Source: Dudresnaya verticillata
Taxonomy: Eukaryota
Assembly: GCA_977862235.1 (NCBI GenBank)
Contig: OZ374562.1
Location: 1,116,001-1,180,000 of the forward strand
Length of the DNA: 64,000 bases
Reading direction: 5' to 3'
Part shown: positions 38,254 through 50,289 of the stretch, piece by piece
Numbering within the stretch: the stretch's first letter is position 1
Layout: the number at the start of each line of letters is the position of its first letter
The notes under the pieces: model-generated
Told to the model about the DNA's origin: nothing
The model's input: only the letters and a program-made list of their open reading frames with translations
Databases searched by the model: none
Translations under genes and position numbers: made by a program

Positions 38254-38607
38254 GAACAGAGAAACAGACATAATGGGGATAGAGTTCGGTCCAGTGATTG
38301 CTGTCCCCTTAAATGGGGTTCAGTGTGACGCCTTTCGTCGGAAACGAAACGATAGGAACGCGTTCGCCTCGCTTCGAAGTTGATCTTCGAAGATTGCGCT
38401 TCGCGCAGCGTCCGCTTTCGCCTCGAAGTTGCGCTTTGAAGCTTGCGCTTCGCGTAGCGCATAAGCCGCGCGACCTGCGTTGTGCTTAGGGATTGCGTTT
38501 CGCTCACTTTCCGTTGTCGCAATGGTACTCGCGGCATATCGGCTCCTTGATCCGGATCGGCGCGCTCCTCCGCGCATGGTACGTTTCATTGCTGTACATG
38601 TCGTATA
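38254..38607 (-). repeat. 3' direct terminal repeat of YR family C
   Basis: Same-orientation homolog of 43624-43964; contains a CTTCGAAG/CGCTTCG array. Confidence 0.92.
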
Positions 38608-39209
38608 AAGAAGAATGCAAACTTGGAGCATCAAGTTACGAAGCAGGTGCGCTTGGTCGAGCACGTGCGAAAAGAAGAAATGCGAGGAAGGCTAAAGATC
38701 GATGCAGCTGTGCAAGTAGGTCCGAAACATTGAGTCAGATGACCAGTCCAGTCGGTTTTGAACCCAAAGCCGAGGAAAAGCGAGGATAACCAGCTCGTTA
38801 AAGCTTTCAATGCGGGGACTATGCGATGAATAGAAGCAACCGGCGGGAGCTTCGGCAGCCACTGCTGCCAGAGCAAGTTCAACCACACGATCCAAACTCG
38901 GACGCTCGTCTCCCGGAAGTGTGAACAGAAACTCGCCAACCGCCAACGCTACTCGTCGCGACAGCCAACGAACAAAAAGTTGCAATGGAATCTTCTCCTT
39001 CAGGTTCTAATGTGTAGACACGGGATAGCGCTGAATAAGACGGTGGCTGAGAGCCTTTCCTTTTCTGCGATGAACCAAAAATCGGGCTTCTTCACTCGTG
39101 AGTTCGAGCCGGATGGCGCTGCCAGTGACTGCGCGGAGATGGAACACGTATGCTAACCCGGTGGATGAACATGCCGCTAGCTCCCGATCCGAGCTTGTGC
39201 TACCCCTTG

Positions 39210-40030
39210 TGTGGTGCACGGGGTCAGGCCTTTTATTTTACCGCCCTGGACGTGTCGCAGCTGTATCGACCAACAGACGGCCGCCTAAAATGGCTCATTC
39301 GCCGTTGGTGCGAACACGTTATCGACGATTGGCCTATCGACGCGCGGTCGCCATGCCCCGCGCCACGCGCATCCGCCACACTGTACGTCACAGCGCTGTG
39401 GAGCGGATCTGAATGACGCATCACGATCCACGAGATGTAAGGGCTTGTATGTCAGCTTGGTCTGAATCCCAATTGAATCCGAATGCGACATCCGGATCGA
39501 ACATCTGGATTCTCTGTAATGGAGGTTGGCTTGTAACACTGTCGTCAGTCAGGATCCGAATTCAGATTGCCTACAGCACCACGCAAGCCTGCCTCTGTAT
39601 GACGCGCACGACTGTGCACAGCGGCTGCACCGTCCCGGGACGTGTCAGACACACCTGCACGCGACACGCGTCCCGGGTTCCCGCGCACCACGTCATGCAG
39701 CAGCCGCGCCCCGGCCCCGTAGCATTACTTAGACATCTCGTTTATGACGTAGCAGTAAATACCCGGTAAGCAGGTTTGGGTCTAGATTTTCCTTCCCGCG
39801 TCAGCACGCACCCTACCGCTGCCCGATAAGCGTCTACCTACCCGTGCTTCCACGTTCACACCGTTACCAACGTGCTCTCCTTGGGGTTCTCCTGCCCCTT
39901 TCCTTTCCGCTTGGATGTCTACAGTCCGCCCCTGGCGTGTCCCTGCTCTACCACTAACCGTTATAGGACGTGCTACCTCCCGAGTCGAACTACTTGGACG
40001 TGTCTACCGTCGCACCAGTTTTGCACGACA
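39210..40030. mobile_element. Solo LTR (family 1) splitting the family-C YR gene
   Basis: TGTGGTGCAC...TTGCACGACA termini with TSD CCTTG/CCATG. Inverted relative to 42324-42988. Confidence 0.88.
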
Positions 40031-42323
40031 CCATGATCAACAATGCGTCGTAGCAAGTCTGCAGAGCAACCAATGCGCAATGGTCTCGGGAATTATACAG
40101 TAGCAGCACAGCGTGAAAGTGCCTGAAGTAAATCCCTTACGATGGAGCTTCGTGTGGAGCACGGCTAGTGGTGATTCTGTTGATAGCGGGAGATGGCAGA
40201 AACATATTGGGAGACGTATGAGGCTCGAAGTGATCCATCATTGACCAAGAAGCCTATAAAGGCGGCTGCATCTCCGTCAGTCGCCGGTAGAGAACGTCTT
40301 TCTTCTACTTCACAGAATTCGAGCCACTTTCGAAGCCGTGAAGACCGGTTCTTCCAAGTAGAACGCGCGTAACCGCATTCCGCTAGCAAAGTTTCCGCCG
40401 CTTCACCACCCCTGTTTGTCCCCCGATACCCGTTTTTTTGTAAGACCGCCGACCGGATCCTGACCCCGTAGCTACTCAGAAACCTATTCGAGCTATGGCC
40501 ACTGACCATTTCTGTGCGTGGGGGTTGGCGCTGTAAAGTAGATGTCTGTCTTGTCGTGGGTATAAGATTGTCTCCTCTTCTGCCAAGCACTTCAGACGGT
40601 GTAAGCAGCTCTGTGAGGGCCATTGTGGGGCTACTAGGAGCCTGCGGCCCCTACCCGCCTCGATCTTCTTCACCACTATCGGAATGAGGTCGAATGGGGT
40701 CAAAAGCCGGCAGAGACCGTCCGTCGAATCCTTTTCCAATGCGGTCAGGATACGCTTCCGCCGAGCCATCAAGCGTTCCCGGAAGGGCTGTTCCAGGAAC
40801 ACGTTGTATTCGAACTCTTATTCGTGCCGTAACGAGGCCACTGGGTGCGAGGACTCCATCGCCTCGGTTGGGTGCCAAGTCCGGGACAGTGTGTCGGCAA
40901 AGCGGTTCAAGGCGGAAGGTAGCAATTGGGCTTCTATCTCCACTTCGAGAGCGTGCAACAGGGCTTTCAACTTCCTGAGCTCGGCCATCATCGATCGGGA
41001 GGCTGACACCATAGAATTCAGAATATATAACACCACCTGGTTCTCCTGATGCAGGAGAAGGTGTCGTGCCTCCGGTCTCCCAACGTAGGTTGCGAGGTGG
41101 TGATGGAGAAGTAACCGCACGGACCGCAGCTCCCTTAAACTAATTGAGCTCACTCGTTCCTCCCCGCTCCAAAAACCTTGACCCTCCCACAAACCCGGGC
41201 TGCCGGCCTTGGAGATGGTACCGAGGGTGCCCCCGTACCCTAGATCTATTGCGTCGGCGTGGAGCGTGAGATCTAGTTCCTGACGACGACGTTTTCAGCT
41301 GTTTCCCATGGTCAACAAACGCCAGTATACTAGATCCCGAAGTGACTGACGCGAAAGGCGCACTCGCGCTGCTGTCACGACCCTTTCGGCGCGCCCCGGT
41401 GCACCAACTGCTGGCTTGCCGACCCCTGGCCAGTGCTCCCGATACGTGCTGTCGACCCACTGTGTCGCCTCTCCATGTCGAAATATATCGAGCAGGTGTA
41501 GAAACGGGCGAGCGGTACTGCTAGCGAGAGAGAAGCATAAATGCCGCAAAAAGGCAGTAGAATTGCGATTGATACCAATAAGTGGTATCCACCGGACATG
41601 GCGAGGAGTTTTGTCGCCAACCGGAAGACCTTCTGTACCTCGCGATCTGCAACGAACACTCGCATCACCCCCGTATCCACCACAATGCCGAGGTGCTCCA
41701 AGGGCTTAGAACTATCGCATGTGCCATTTATCGGAAGGCGCACGACACCCAAACTCCGGATAGGCGACTCCGCACTATCCTGGCTTTCACACAGTCCTCC
41801 TTCGTAGCCACAGTTCCTGGGCGCGATATTGCAGCCAAAAAATTGTCGATGTACGGGAGAAGGCGGAAACCCAACCTCTCCCGAATTTACCGTACCACCG
41901 GGCGGAGCAGTTTTGTGAACCATAAACCCGAATCGACCCCAGCCAAAAGGTAGGGCAACACAACGATAAAACCTTACACCGTAATGGACCAGAAACATGT
42001 CGCGGAGTTTGGGGTGTAAGTAAAGTTCCGATAGCCACTCTGCACATCCCAAGACATTACGTAGTCTCCTTTCCCCAACTCTAGAGCAAACCAAGGCTAG
42101 GTATCCATCCTTACACAGCCCTTCGGCCAGTGTAGGCTTGGATCGTGTGAGTCGATCACGAAGCGACCTTTACGCTCTCCTCCTTCCACTTCGTGCCACA
42201 CCACAAACGCCGAGGACACTAAATACCCGCCCCTAATCCAGTCCATTGCGTACTCCCTGTTGACCTCCTCGTATCCTCCTTCCTGCAATCCACGGCGAAG
42301 ATCCGCCCGGGCGAGCTTCTGAT

Positions 42324-42988
42324 TGTCGTGCAAATCTTCTGCGATGGCAGGCACGTCCATGTAGTTCGACTCGGTTGATAGCACGTCCTACGACGGGTAG
42401 CGGTAGAGCAGGAACACGCCAGGGGCGGACTGTAGACACCCAAAGCGGAAATGAAAGAGGCAAGAAAACCCAAAGGAGAGCACTTTGGTAACGGTGTGAG
42501 CGTGGAGGCACGGGTAGGTAGACGCTTATGCTTCCGGGCAGCGGTAGGTTGCGCGCTGACGCGGGAAGGGAAGTCTAGACCCAAACCGGCTTACCAGAGC
42601 TTTACTGCTACGTCCTAGACGAGATACCTTAGTAATACTACGGGGCGGCAGCCCGGGGGCTGCACGGTAGGATGCTCGTGAACCCGGGATGCGTGTCCGG
42701 CGGAGGTGCACCTCACACGTCCCGGGGCGGTGCAGCCGCTGTGCGCAATCGTGCGCGTCTTACAGACTCTGCCTCTGAGGCAGGCTTGCGTAGTGCTGTA
42801 GGCGATCCGGATTCGGATCCTGAGTGACGACAGTATTGCAGGCGTACCCGCATTACAGCGGGTCCCGATGTCCATACCCGACGCCCATGCGCGGTTGCGG
42901 CGTCCGTACGCCGTCCGGCCAGTCGTCCATGAAGTGTTCGCGCGCGACAAAGGCGGTTAGGGTTGCCGTTAGTTGACGTCTCATTACA
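42324..42988. mobile_element. Truncated LTR (family 1) between gag and RT of family C
   Basis: Starts TGTCGTGCAA; reverse-complement homolog of about 39270-40030. Distal end missing and no TSD. Confidence 0.82.
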
Positions 42989-43623
42989 CGCTCAGAGCGA
43001 AAAAAGGACACCCCCTCTTTCACCATAAAAGCCTCCCGTGTCGATCGGTACGGCTGCAAAAAAGAATGCATCATTCCCTTGATACACCAAGAATGCCATA
43101 TGCTTTGCCACTTCCACTCCTTGCTCAACAATATCTCTGAAATACCGTTCTTGCTTACTCAAGACCTCCTGAACGGCCTTGAACGACTCTTCTACCACCG
43201 CCAAACATCTTCCGAATTCGTTTACATCTCCTTTTGTCTCTTTCGCCGCAATCAGAACAAACCAAGCAGTGTCGGCCCACAAATCTGCCGCATTAACGTA
43301 TTCGCACTCTTCATCTGATCGTAGATCTCTATGTTTGAGGTTCCAAATAAATGCATCTGTAGGTGGTGTGAAGTAACCGAAGTGAGTAACAGATACATGC
43401 GGACCATGTTGGAATATACCTCCCTCCCGTACCATCCTTGCGTGGCTCATCCCGGGCACCATAGCCCCATAATCGATAGGTCTCGGTTTTCCGGTCGCCC
43501 AGGCGCTGCGAACAGCATGCATGGTAAGGGTTTCGTGTTATCGGGTATACCACCCATGGTCAGCGTTTTCAGCAAGCCGTATTAAAGATGTCGCCTCCCT
43601 CAAATAAAGGGGAAAGTTTCTCA

Positions 43624-43964
43624 GAACAGAGAAATAGATATACCGGGGTTAGAGTCCGGTCCGGTGATTGCCGTCCACTTAAATGGGGTTCAGTGTGACG
43701 CCGTCCGTCGGAAACGAAGCGGTAGAAACGCGCCCGCTTTCGCTTCGAAGTTGCGCTTCGAAGCTTGCGCTTCGCGCAGCGTCCGCTTTCGCTTCGAATT
43801 TGCGCTTCGTACAGCTCATAAGGCACGCGACCTGCGTTGCGCCTCGAGATTGCGTTTCGCTCGCTTTCCGGTGTCGCATTGGTACGCGTGGCATATCGGC
43901 TCCTTGATCCGGATCGGCGCGCTACTCCCCGCATGGCACCTTTCATTGCTGTACATGTCGTGTA
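43624..43964 (-). repeat. 5' direct terminal repeat of YR family C
   Basis: Homolog of 38254-38607; the minus strand begins TACACGACATGTACAGCAATGAAAGGT. Confidence 0.92.
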
Positions 43965-44799
43965 CTGAGAACATTTATTACACGTACAAGTGTACACGTT
44001 GAAAATATCACATTGAGAAACACTTCAGCTAGAGAACCGGTCCTTGGTCACTGCAAAAAGCAGCTAATATTGTGACTATCCAAAGCTGCAGTGGGTATGC
44101 CTAAAGCCCCAAGCAGATAATCTGTGAGCATTTTGAAGTGCAAAAACATTCAAGTTATAAAATCGTTCATTTACATAATGGAACTTTACGGGTTTAAGGG
44201 TTTAGGTATACCTTTTACCCCAGTGCTCACACGAACCTTGCCGATTGTAAAGATCCATCATTCTCTGAGTCCCTTGTAGAAACTTGCGCTTTGAATAACT
44301 TTGAGCAGTATCTTCGGCTCCTGCTCTTTTTTTGTTCTAGAGCCTTCCCAACCACATTTACAACCTTGGAATGGGGCGGGGCGTAGGGTTGGATTAAAAA
44401 AGCCCCAAATTTAGTCTATGTTCTCTAATGCTCTTGTAATTGTTAGTCCCTTTTTCCAGTAACTTCGTTCTCTTGCTTAACTTGCCGTCAAATTCTCTCG
44501 AAGGTGCTTGCGGAACCAGCGCACGGAAGCTGATGTTCGGCACTGGCGCCCGCAGTACGTCGTGCCACTCTATCTACCCTATCCTCTCGGAGAAGATCGG
44601 CTGTTTGCCAAACGTTCGTTAAGAACAAGTTGTGAAAAAGAAATGTTGCCGTTATTGTAAAGTCGCAATTTTTTGAGAGATGAGTAATACTAGGAAAGTG
44701 CCGTATGGGCAAAGCGTGTAAAGGACTGCATGAACAGAAAGGACGGTACCTTGAATGGTGAAAGCCAGAAGAAGAATGAAATGGGTGTAGATGGGCGGG

Positions 44800-45080
44800 A
44801 GAAAGGACGGAACTTGTCGATTTTGGCAGGGGCGGATACTCGAAGCGCCCATACATACGCTTATAATACTACAATAGTGTTAATGTAGAGCGCTCCCGGG
44901 GTTGAGCTAATTCAATCGATCCGATAGGCTTATCGGATGCTATCCTCCGATATGTAGCAAAGTACAATCTGAATATCATCGATATTTGCAGAGGTGGATC
45001 CTTTGTAGGACGCTCGGTTGAACTCTCTATTCCCCGGAGTACCTTTTCATTCCGATACAAGGCTGTACATGACACGAAAA
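44800..45080 (-). repeat. 3' direct terminal repeat of YR family B
   Basis: Same-orientation homolog of 48822-49103 and reverse complement of 26327-26604. Confidence 0.95.
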
Positions 45081-45169
45081 CCCATCACGGAGATATGTCG
45101 GTACGGACTAATCGCAGATCATTTCGGGGGAAGAGCTGGTACCGGAGGTATGAGGCTCTGGAAATAACG

Positions 45170-46394
45170 GCTCATTTCGCGGGTGAACCTTACTCTTCCA
45201 TCAGAGTACGCATTAATGACCATTCTTTCAGTTGTCCAGAGGCCTCTCTGGACTCTTACCGGAATAGGGACCCCTGCAAGAACCTGGCCAGACACTGATC
45301 CACTTCGGAGACTATAAGATGAGTAAAAACAATGCGGAGGTGGTAGGACTCCGTAGGTGATGTAGAATCCGTCTCAAAATTTCGGTGATCGCCTGCGCGG
45401 ACGGTTGGAGACAATTGTAGGACCAGAATGAGGATTTCGCTGCAGCCTGGAGGCGTATATTGTAGTAACGGATCTTTAAAGACAAGGGGTTGTCCACAAC
45501 TGCCCCTAAGCACGTAAGAATGTTTGCCGGTGTGCCACGGGTCGGTCTGTCCTTAAGCTTCCGTGGCCGGGCAGCAATTGTAATCGCGTTGGTATCCGAC
45601 TCATCCGAAGGTGATCCAATGCATATCTCCACATCTTCCCAAAGAGTGGTGCGGGCCGAGCTCTCCCGCCACGAAGTCAAGAATGGAAAGTCAATAAGCG
45701 CAGGGTCGCGTTGTGACTGAGAGCCATCTTCTTGCTCTAATCCACAACACCTGGCCTTATGTACCACAGATGCCGGAAGGGCTGCTCTAGTGTCTTGATG
45801 CTGCCCGCGGGCATCATCGGCCCTAGTGAATGCACGAAAGAGGTCGGAAAGAATTGTTCCGGTGCATGGATCTCCGAAGCCGTGCCTCTCGTGTGCTGTA
45901 CGAACAGCGGAAACATAATGCGGGAGTGATCTCGAATGCATGCGGTCTTCTTCAAATAGGTACCCTATATAAGCTATCACAGTACGAAGAGTCGCGGGTA
46001 GTGGCGCATGGCCTTCCGAGAGACAGAAGCACTCAAATTTCGACCACTGTGAGGACGTACTGGCGTCTCTGCTGGCGGCAAGAATGTGATGGGAAAGGTC
46101 TAGTGTGGCCCTTCCTTCGCTTGTGATAGGCAGTTGGCTTCTGAGAGCTTCCATGATAGTCCCGGAGGCCGTGCGCCTACCTCTGCTAGAACCAGCGATC
46201 AGGAGGGATTGGCGTGCGGACTGCTGAACAAACACCCCCGTGATGGTTTCAGTTTGCGCATTGATAGAGTGATGCGCAGCAAGAGCTGCCACCAATTCGT
46301 CCCGGGCCAGTACGGAGCGACCAAGATACCATGAATTTTCTCGTTCGCCATTTTCGTTATCGTCGCCGACAACTACTGCGGAGGAGGATTCCAC
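45170..46394 (-). pseudogene. Tyrosine recombinase of family B (frameshifted near the C-terminus)
   Basis: SAM-like N-terminus (SQWSKFECFC...PLPATLRTVIAYIGYL...YVSAVRTAH), FLTSWRESS (catalytic R) and PRKLK, then in shifted frames FYSSYSLRSG, RGLW and NAYSD. Confidence 0.88.
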
Positions 46395-47004
46395 AGCGTG
46401 CTACGCCCCGTCGCCCCAATGATCTTGGAGCTGTGCTTGTATCACTTTCGAGCGCGCCGCTGGGGCGTCTCCTAGGGGCCAGTATCAAAGGACGTGCTGC
46501 AATTGGAGTGATTCCGCGAGTGATCGCAATATGGAATGGGTCGCGCCGAGGTCCCGAGGTTTCCACGTACGACTGAGGCCTCCGGCCCACTTGTTCATCG
46601 CTGACGGCAGCCACTCCGCTCGAATCTGAACTTTCATCCTGTCTATCAAGTGGTGTAGCTTGCGGAGCTCGTCCATAAGAAGTGGGCTGGTTGACACCAT
46701 GTTGGAAATGACTCGGAGGACAACTTGAATGTCGACGTGTAGGATGATCCTCCTGTTGCAGCCGGTCAATATTGCAGACACGGAGTCGTTCTCTAGTGCC
46801 TTACGAACCGCTACTAGCTCGCGCATATTGATCGATTGAAGTCTCCGGAATGGTGACCATGTTCTTTGGACCTCTACGTCCCCCTGTGACCCAGGATTGA
46901 GTGATTGCGGCCCAATGAAGCGCCGTATCCGATATCTGCAGCGTCCTTGTGCCGATTTCAGGAGTCCTGGCCGCCATATAGAAGCCGACCGTCTCCCTGG
47001 AGCA

Positions 47005-48100
47005 TTAGCCTCCAGAACCGAAGGTCCTGAAGGGACTGATTGTACAAAGATACTCGGCGCCCTTTTCCTTCCCTCGACGAGGGCAATCTCTTAAATATCT
47101 GTACAGCGACCGCGTGAAGAAATGGGTTAGTGGTACCGGGAGGAGCTGTGAGACAGCTCGGCTCTTGAATGAGGTGACAAGGGACTCGGAGACGTACCGG
47201 CGCCCGTTAGCATTCTGCCGCAAAAGGAGGGTAGCCATACTCTGTAACGTTTCTAACTTTGAGGGGGAAATGAAGAATCGGAACCTTACTATGTCGATGA
47301 CGACCCCGAGGTGCTCCGGACGCGTTGCACCTTCCCCCAAAACTCCTTTGTCCGGGTAACGCAGCATACTGAGCTTTCCAAAGAGCTCCACTAGTATCTG
47401 ACAGGTTTTCAGGCAATCCGCCGGCGTATTGGGTTGTGCTCCTGTTCCTGGGGCCATAAAGTAATCGTCCAGCCACACCAATACGCGCATACCTATCTGT
47501 TCTCTCATATACCTTGTCAGGGGGCTTAAGATATGAAAAAACTAGAAGGGACTGCGTGTCCACCCAAAGGGTAAGGCTATACAGGGATAGAATTGTCCGT
47601 AATATCTGAAAATGAATCCGTTCCACATACGTGGGTGCAATCGGAAGTGACGATAGCCCGACTTCCAGTCCAATGACGGGAGGTAGTCGCGGCGTACCAA
47701 ACAGCTAGCGAAGGAACTCAGAAATTCCATTTGAACAGAGTGTTTCTTCCAATGCTGACTTTGACGTCTGAGATTGATCACGAGGCGCGGTTTGCTGTTC
47801 TGCCACTCAACGAAGGCGTAAAAAGCTAGCTTCTCTTGCCTTACACAGCGTCTGGCATATTTTCCATACACCTGCTCGTAGTATCTGAGCTTGCACCCTT
47901 CGTATAGATCTTCCATTGCGAATCGGATATATTCTTTGTTCTGTGGCAGCTGTGGAAGGATTTCTCCTTCCGTAAAAGGCGTGTCGGGGGGGTCCCAGAT
48001 CCCATATTATAGGATACGTATTATGTACGCCGTCGCGCCGATAAGCTGCCACGCAGAGGCTTGTTTTTGTGTGTGGAACCGCCTGCCCTGGGACTAGGAC
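47005..48100 (-). pseudogene. Reverse transcriptase of family B (in-frame stop/frameshifts)
   Basis: KPRLVINLR, LDWKSGYRHFRLHP, LPFGWTRSPF, VWLDDYF, HLGVVID. Confidence 0.9.
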
Positions 48101-48821
48101 GATTTCCACCGGGAGGGCTCGTCGATGGTTATCGTGAGCTAGAGCGTTGTTACGACTCTCTTGATTTCCCAGACGTCCCCTTGCCGTCTGCGTTAGCAAT
48201 CTCCTGTTTTGCCAATACCTTGGATGTCTCGATGGTGTATTTGGCGGAAAGCGCCTTGTAGACTGACGCATACACCTCCGATGGGACCTGTTCCCTTTGA
48301 GCGGTGACCTTGGACTGAACCAAGTCAGCAAGCTGTCGCGCGACTGCCGGACCCTTCTCCACAACTGTTGCGAAATGAGCAGTCCGCATCGCCAACACCA
48401 ACACCTCCTGAGCAACTTCGAGGGATATGTGTACGAGCTTGAACAGTCTCCCCAGTTTTGTTGTTGCGTCAGACTCCACTTCAGCAAGGCAGAAGGCCTC
48501 AAGAGCGTGTTCGACCCAGGTACCAACTGAGTGGATATAATCCAACTTTTTGCCGTTGCGCCGGTCCTTTTTCGTAGGTTTCCCTGTGTAGCAAAGCGTC
48601 GGGTTTAAATTAAACAGTCTGGTTGGGCTGAACAGAATATGCTCGTGGCCACAAAGGAGCCTTTTAAGCAAGCTTGAGAGCGCTAAAGCGATTAAGAACG
48701 TCAGTGTAATCTGACGGTTGCGGGTCGGTGAAATGATCCGAGGGAAGAGCATTACGCATGACTGAATGTTCACACCGCGTAATTAGCAGCGTCTCCTTTC
48801 GCTTCAGAGACCAACTCTGAA

Positions 48822-49103
48822 AGCAAGGACGGGACTTGTCCGATTTTGGCAGGGGCTGATACTCGAAGCGTCCATATATACGCTTAGAATACTACTATAG
48901 TGTTAATGTAGAGCGCTCCCACGGTTGAGCTAGTTCAATCGATCCGATAGGCTTATCGGATGCTATCCTCCGATTTGTAATGAAGTACAATCTGAATATC
49001 GTCGATATTTGTACAGGTGCATCCTTTGTAGGACACTCGGTAGGACTCTCTATTCCCCAGAGTACCTTTTCATTCCGATACAAGTCTGTACATGACACGA
49101 AAA
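48822..49103 (-). repeat. 5' direct terminal repeat of YR family B
   Basis: The minus strand begins TTTTCGTGTCATGTACAG; homolog of 44800-45080. Confidence 0.95.
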
Positions 49104-49518
49104 ATTGAAACCCAAACCCAACCCTGCCCCATTCACGTCGCCACAGACGCAATGGTGTTCGGTCTATGCACCACCGTAGAGAGAGAGAAAGCTCTGGGAC
49201 CCGTTAAAGGGGTAACCAGGGTATTTGTTTGGTCATATGTTGCTTTGGGACAAGAAAGACTCAAATGATGTATCTTCTTTACCGTTTGAATCTCTATTGA
49301 TGCTATCAGGCCACACTAGGGATCGGAAAGTCGGCGTTTCGCTTCAGGATCACATCCAGAAAGTGCGAAAAGCATCGGCCGTGCGACATTCTCCGCTTCT
49401 TATTGAAACGCGAAGCCCACGCGTCCGCAACTCCTTGTATGTATCGGCGAGCTTTGGGAAGCCATCAATCAATGCCATGTTCCGACAAAGAAAGCAACGA
49501 GTACCCATCCTTGAATTT

Positions 49519-50287
49519 TGAAGCACAGGCTTCGCATCGATCCGAGGTCTAGCGAGCACCAGTCCGATGCCGGCGCGTAGACGCGTGGATGGGTAGCTAG
49601 TGGTAGAGCGGTGTCGACAATATGGGCCCCTGCAGGTGCGGATCAACGGCGTCGATTCTGGAGCGTGCACGAGGCGTACGTTATGAGGGTAGGCAGCGGC
49701 CGGATCCCAGTGTCCCTGTCGAAGGGCGGCACGAGGCCGACGGAAAGGAAAAGGAAAGGGGAAAGCCTAGCGAGGCAAGGGAAAAAAGGGAAACCGCCCG
49801 CTGGCGTAAGGCAAAGGGATCGAACCCGAAAAGGCTGGGGGCAAGCTTCAGCGCGAGCTGTTGCTTGCCCGGTTTACTGAGCCGTCGATGGCCGACGGTC
49901 TTAAATACCCTACACTATGTGCACTACGACTACTTCGACAGTAGGTGCGCTCCACAACACTAACGCGGGAGGTGTGCGAGCGCGCGCCCATACACGTGTC
50001 GACACGTCCGGGTAACGGTTACCCGTGGGCGCGCGCGGGGCGTAACGGGCAGCGGCCCTATCAACGGCTCGACGCCGGAGAGCGTCACAGGGGCGCGCCG
50101 TGTACGGCACGGCGCGCGGCCGCTGCCGGCAGCAATGCGGTCGACCGCTACTAAATCAACTAAAAAACTAAGGGCACGCTGCCGAACCACGACTCGCCAG
50201 CGGGCGTCATCGTGTGCACCATTGCAGTGCGGCGCTGCCAGCATACCTTACAGCCGCTGCTGACAGTATGCTGGCAGCTATACTACA
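49519..50287. mobile_element. LTR related to family 2
   Basis: TGAAGCACAG...TACTACA; colinear similarity with 35511-36030; no TSD seen. Confidence 0.75.
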
Positions 50288-50289
50288 GG

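Larger units (their letters stand above)
38254..43964 (-). mobile_element. YR (DIRS-order) retrotransposon, family C, complete but decayed, with direct terminal repeats
   Basis: Direct repeats at 38254-38607 and 43624-43964. gag-like 43522-42992; RT (KGRFVID, LPFGWG, LPYIDN); RNase H (ISLRELRSV, LPSALNRFADTLSR); MT-like (PFDLIPIVVKKI...LLVAPQWPSQ). YR N-terminus 40500-40165 and C-terminus 39200-38692 (FHLRAVT, RRKGK, YSSHSPRI, WSSDSMFRTY). Confidence 0.9.
44800..49103 (-). mobile_element. YR (DIRS-order) retrotransposon, family B, complete, with direct terminal repeats
   Basis: Direct repeats at 44800-45080 and 48822-49103. gag-like 48773-48150; RT about 48100-47005 (LDWKSGY, LPFGW, WLDD); RNase H (INMRELVAV, VDIQVV, WLPSAMNKWAGGLSR); MT-like LWNPPP...ILVAPYWPGTNWW; YR. 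Confidence 0.93.

Noticed and set aside
39210..42988. Long inverted repeats (39270-40030 vs 42324-42980) flanking RT/RNase H, resembling DIRS ITRs
   Set aside because: They are independent insertions of a TG...CA LTR family also found at 20946-21846. One has its own TSD and splits the YR gene, and element genes continue outside them.
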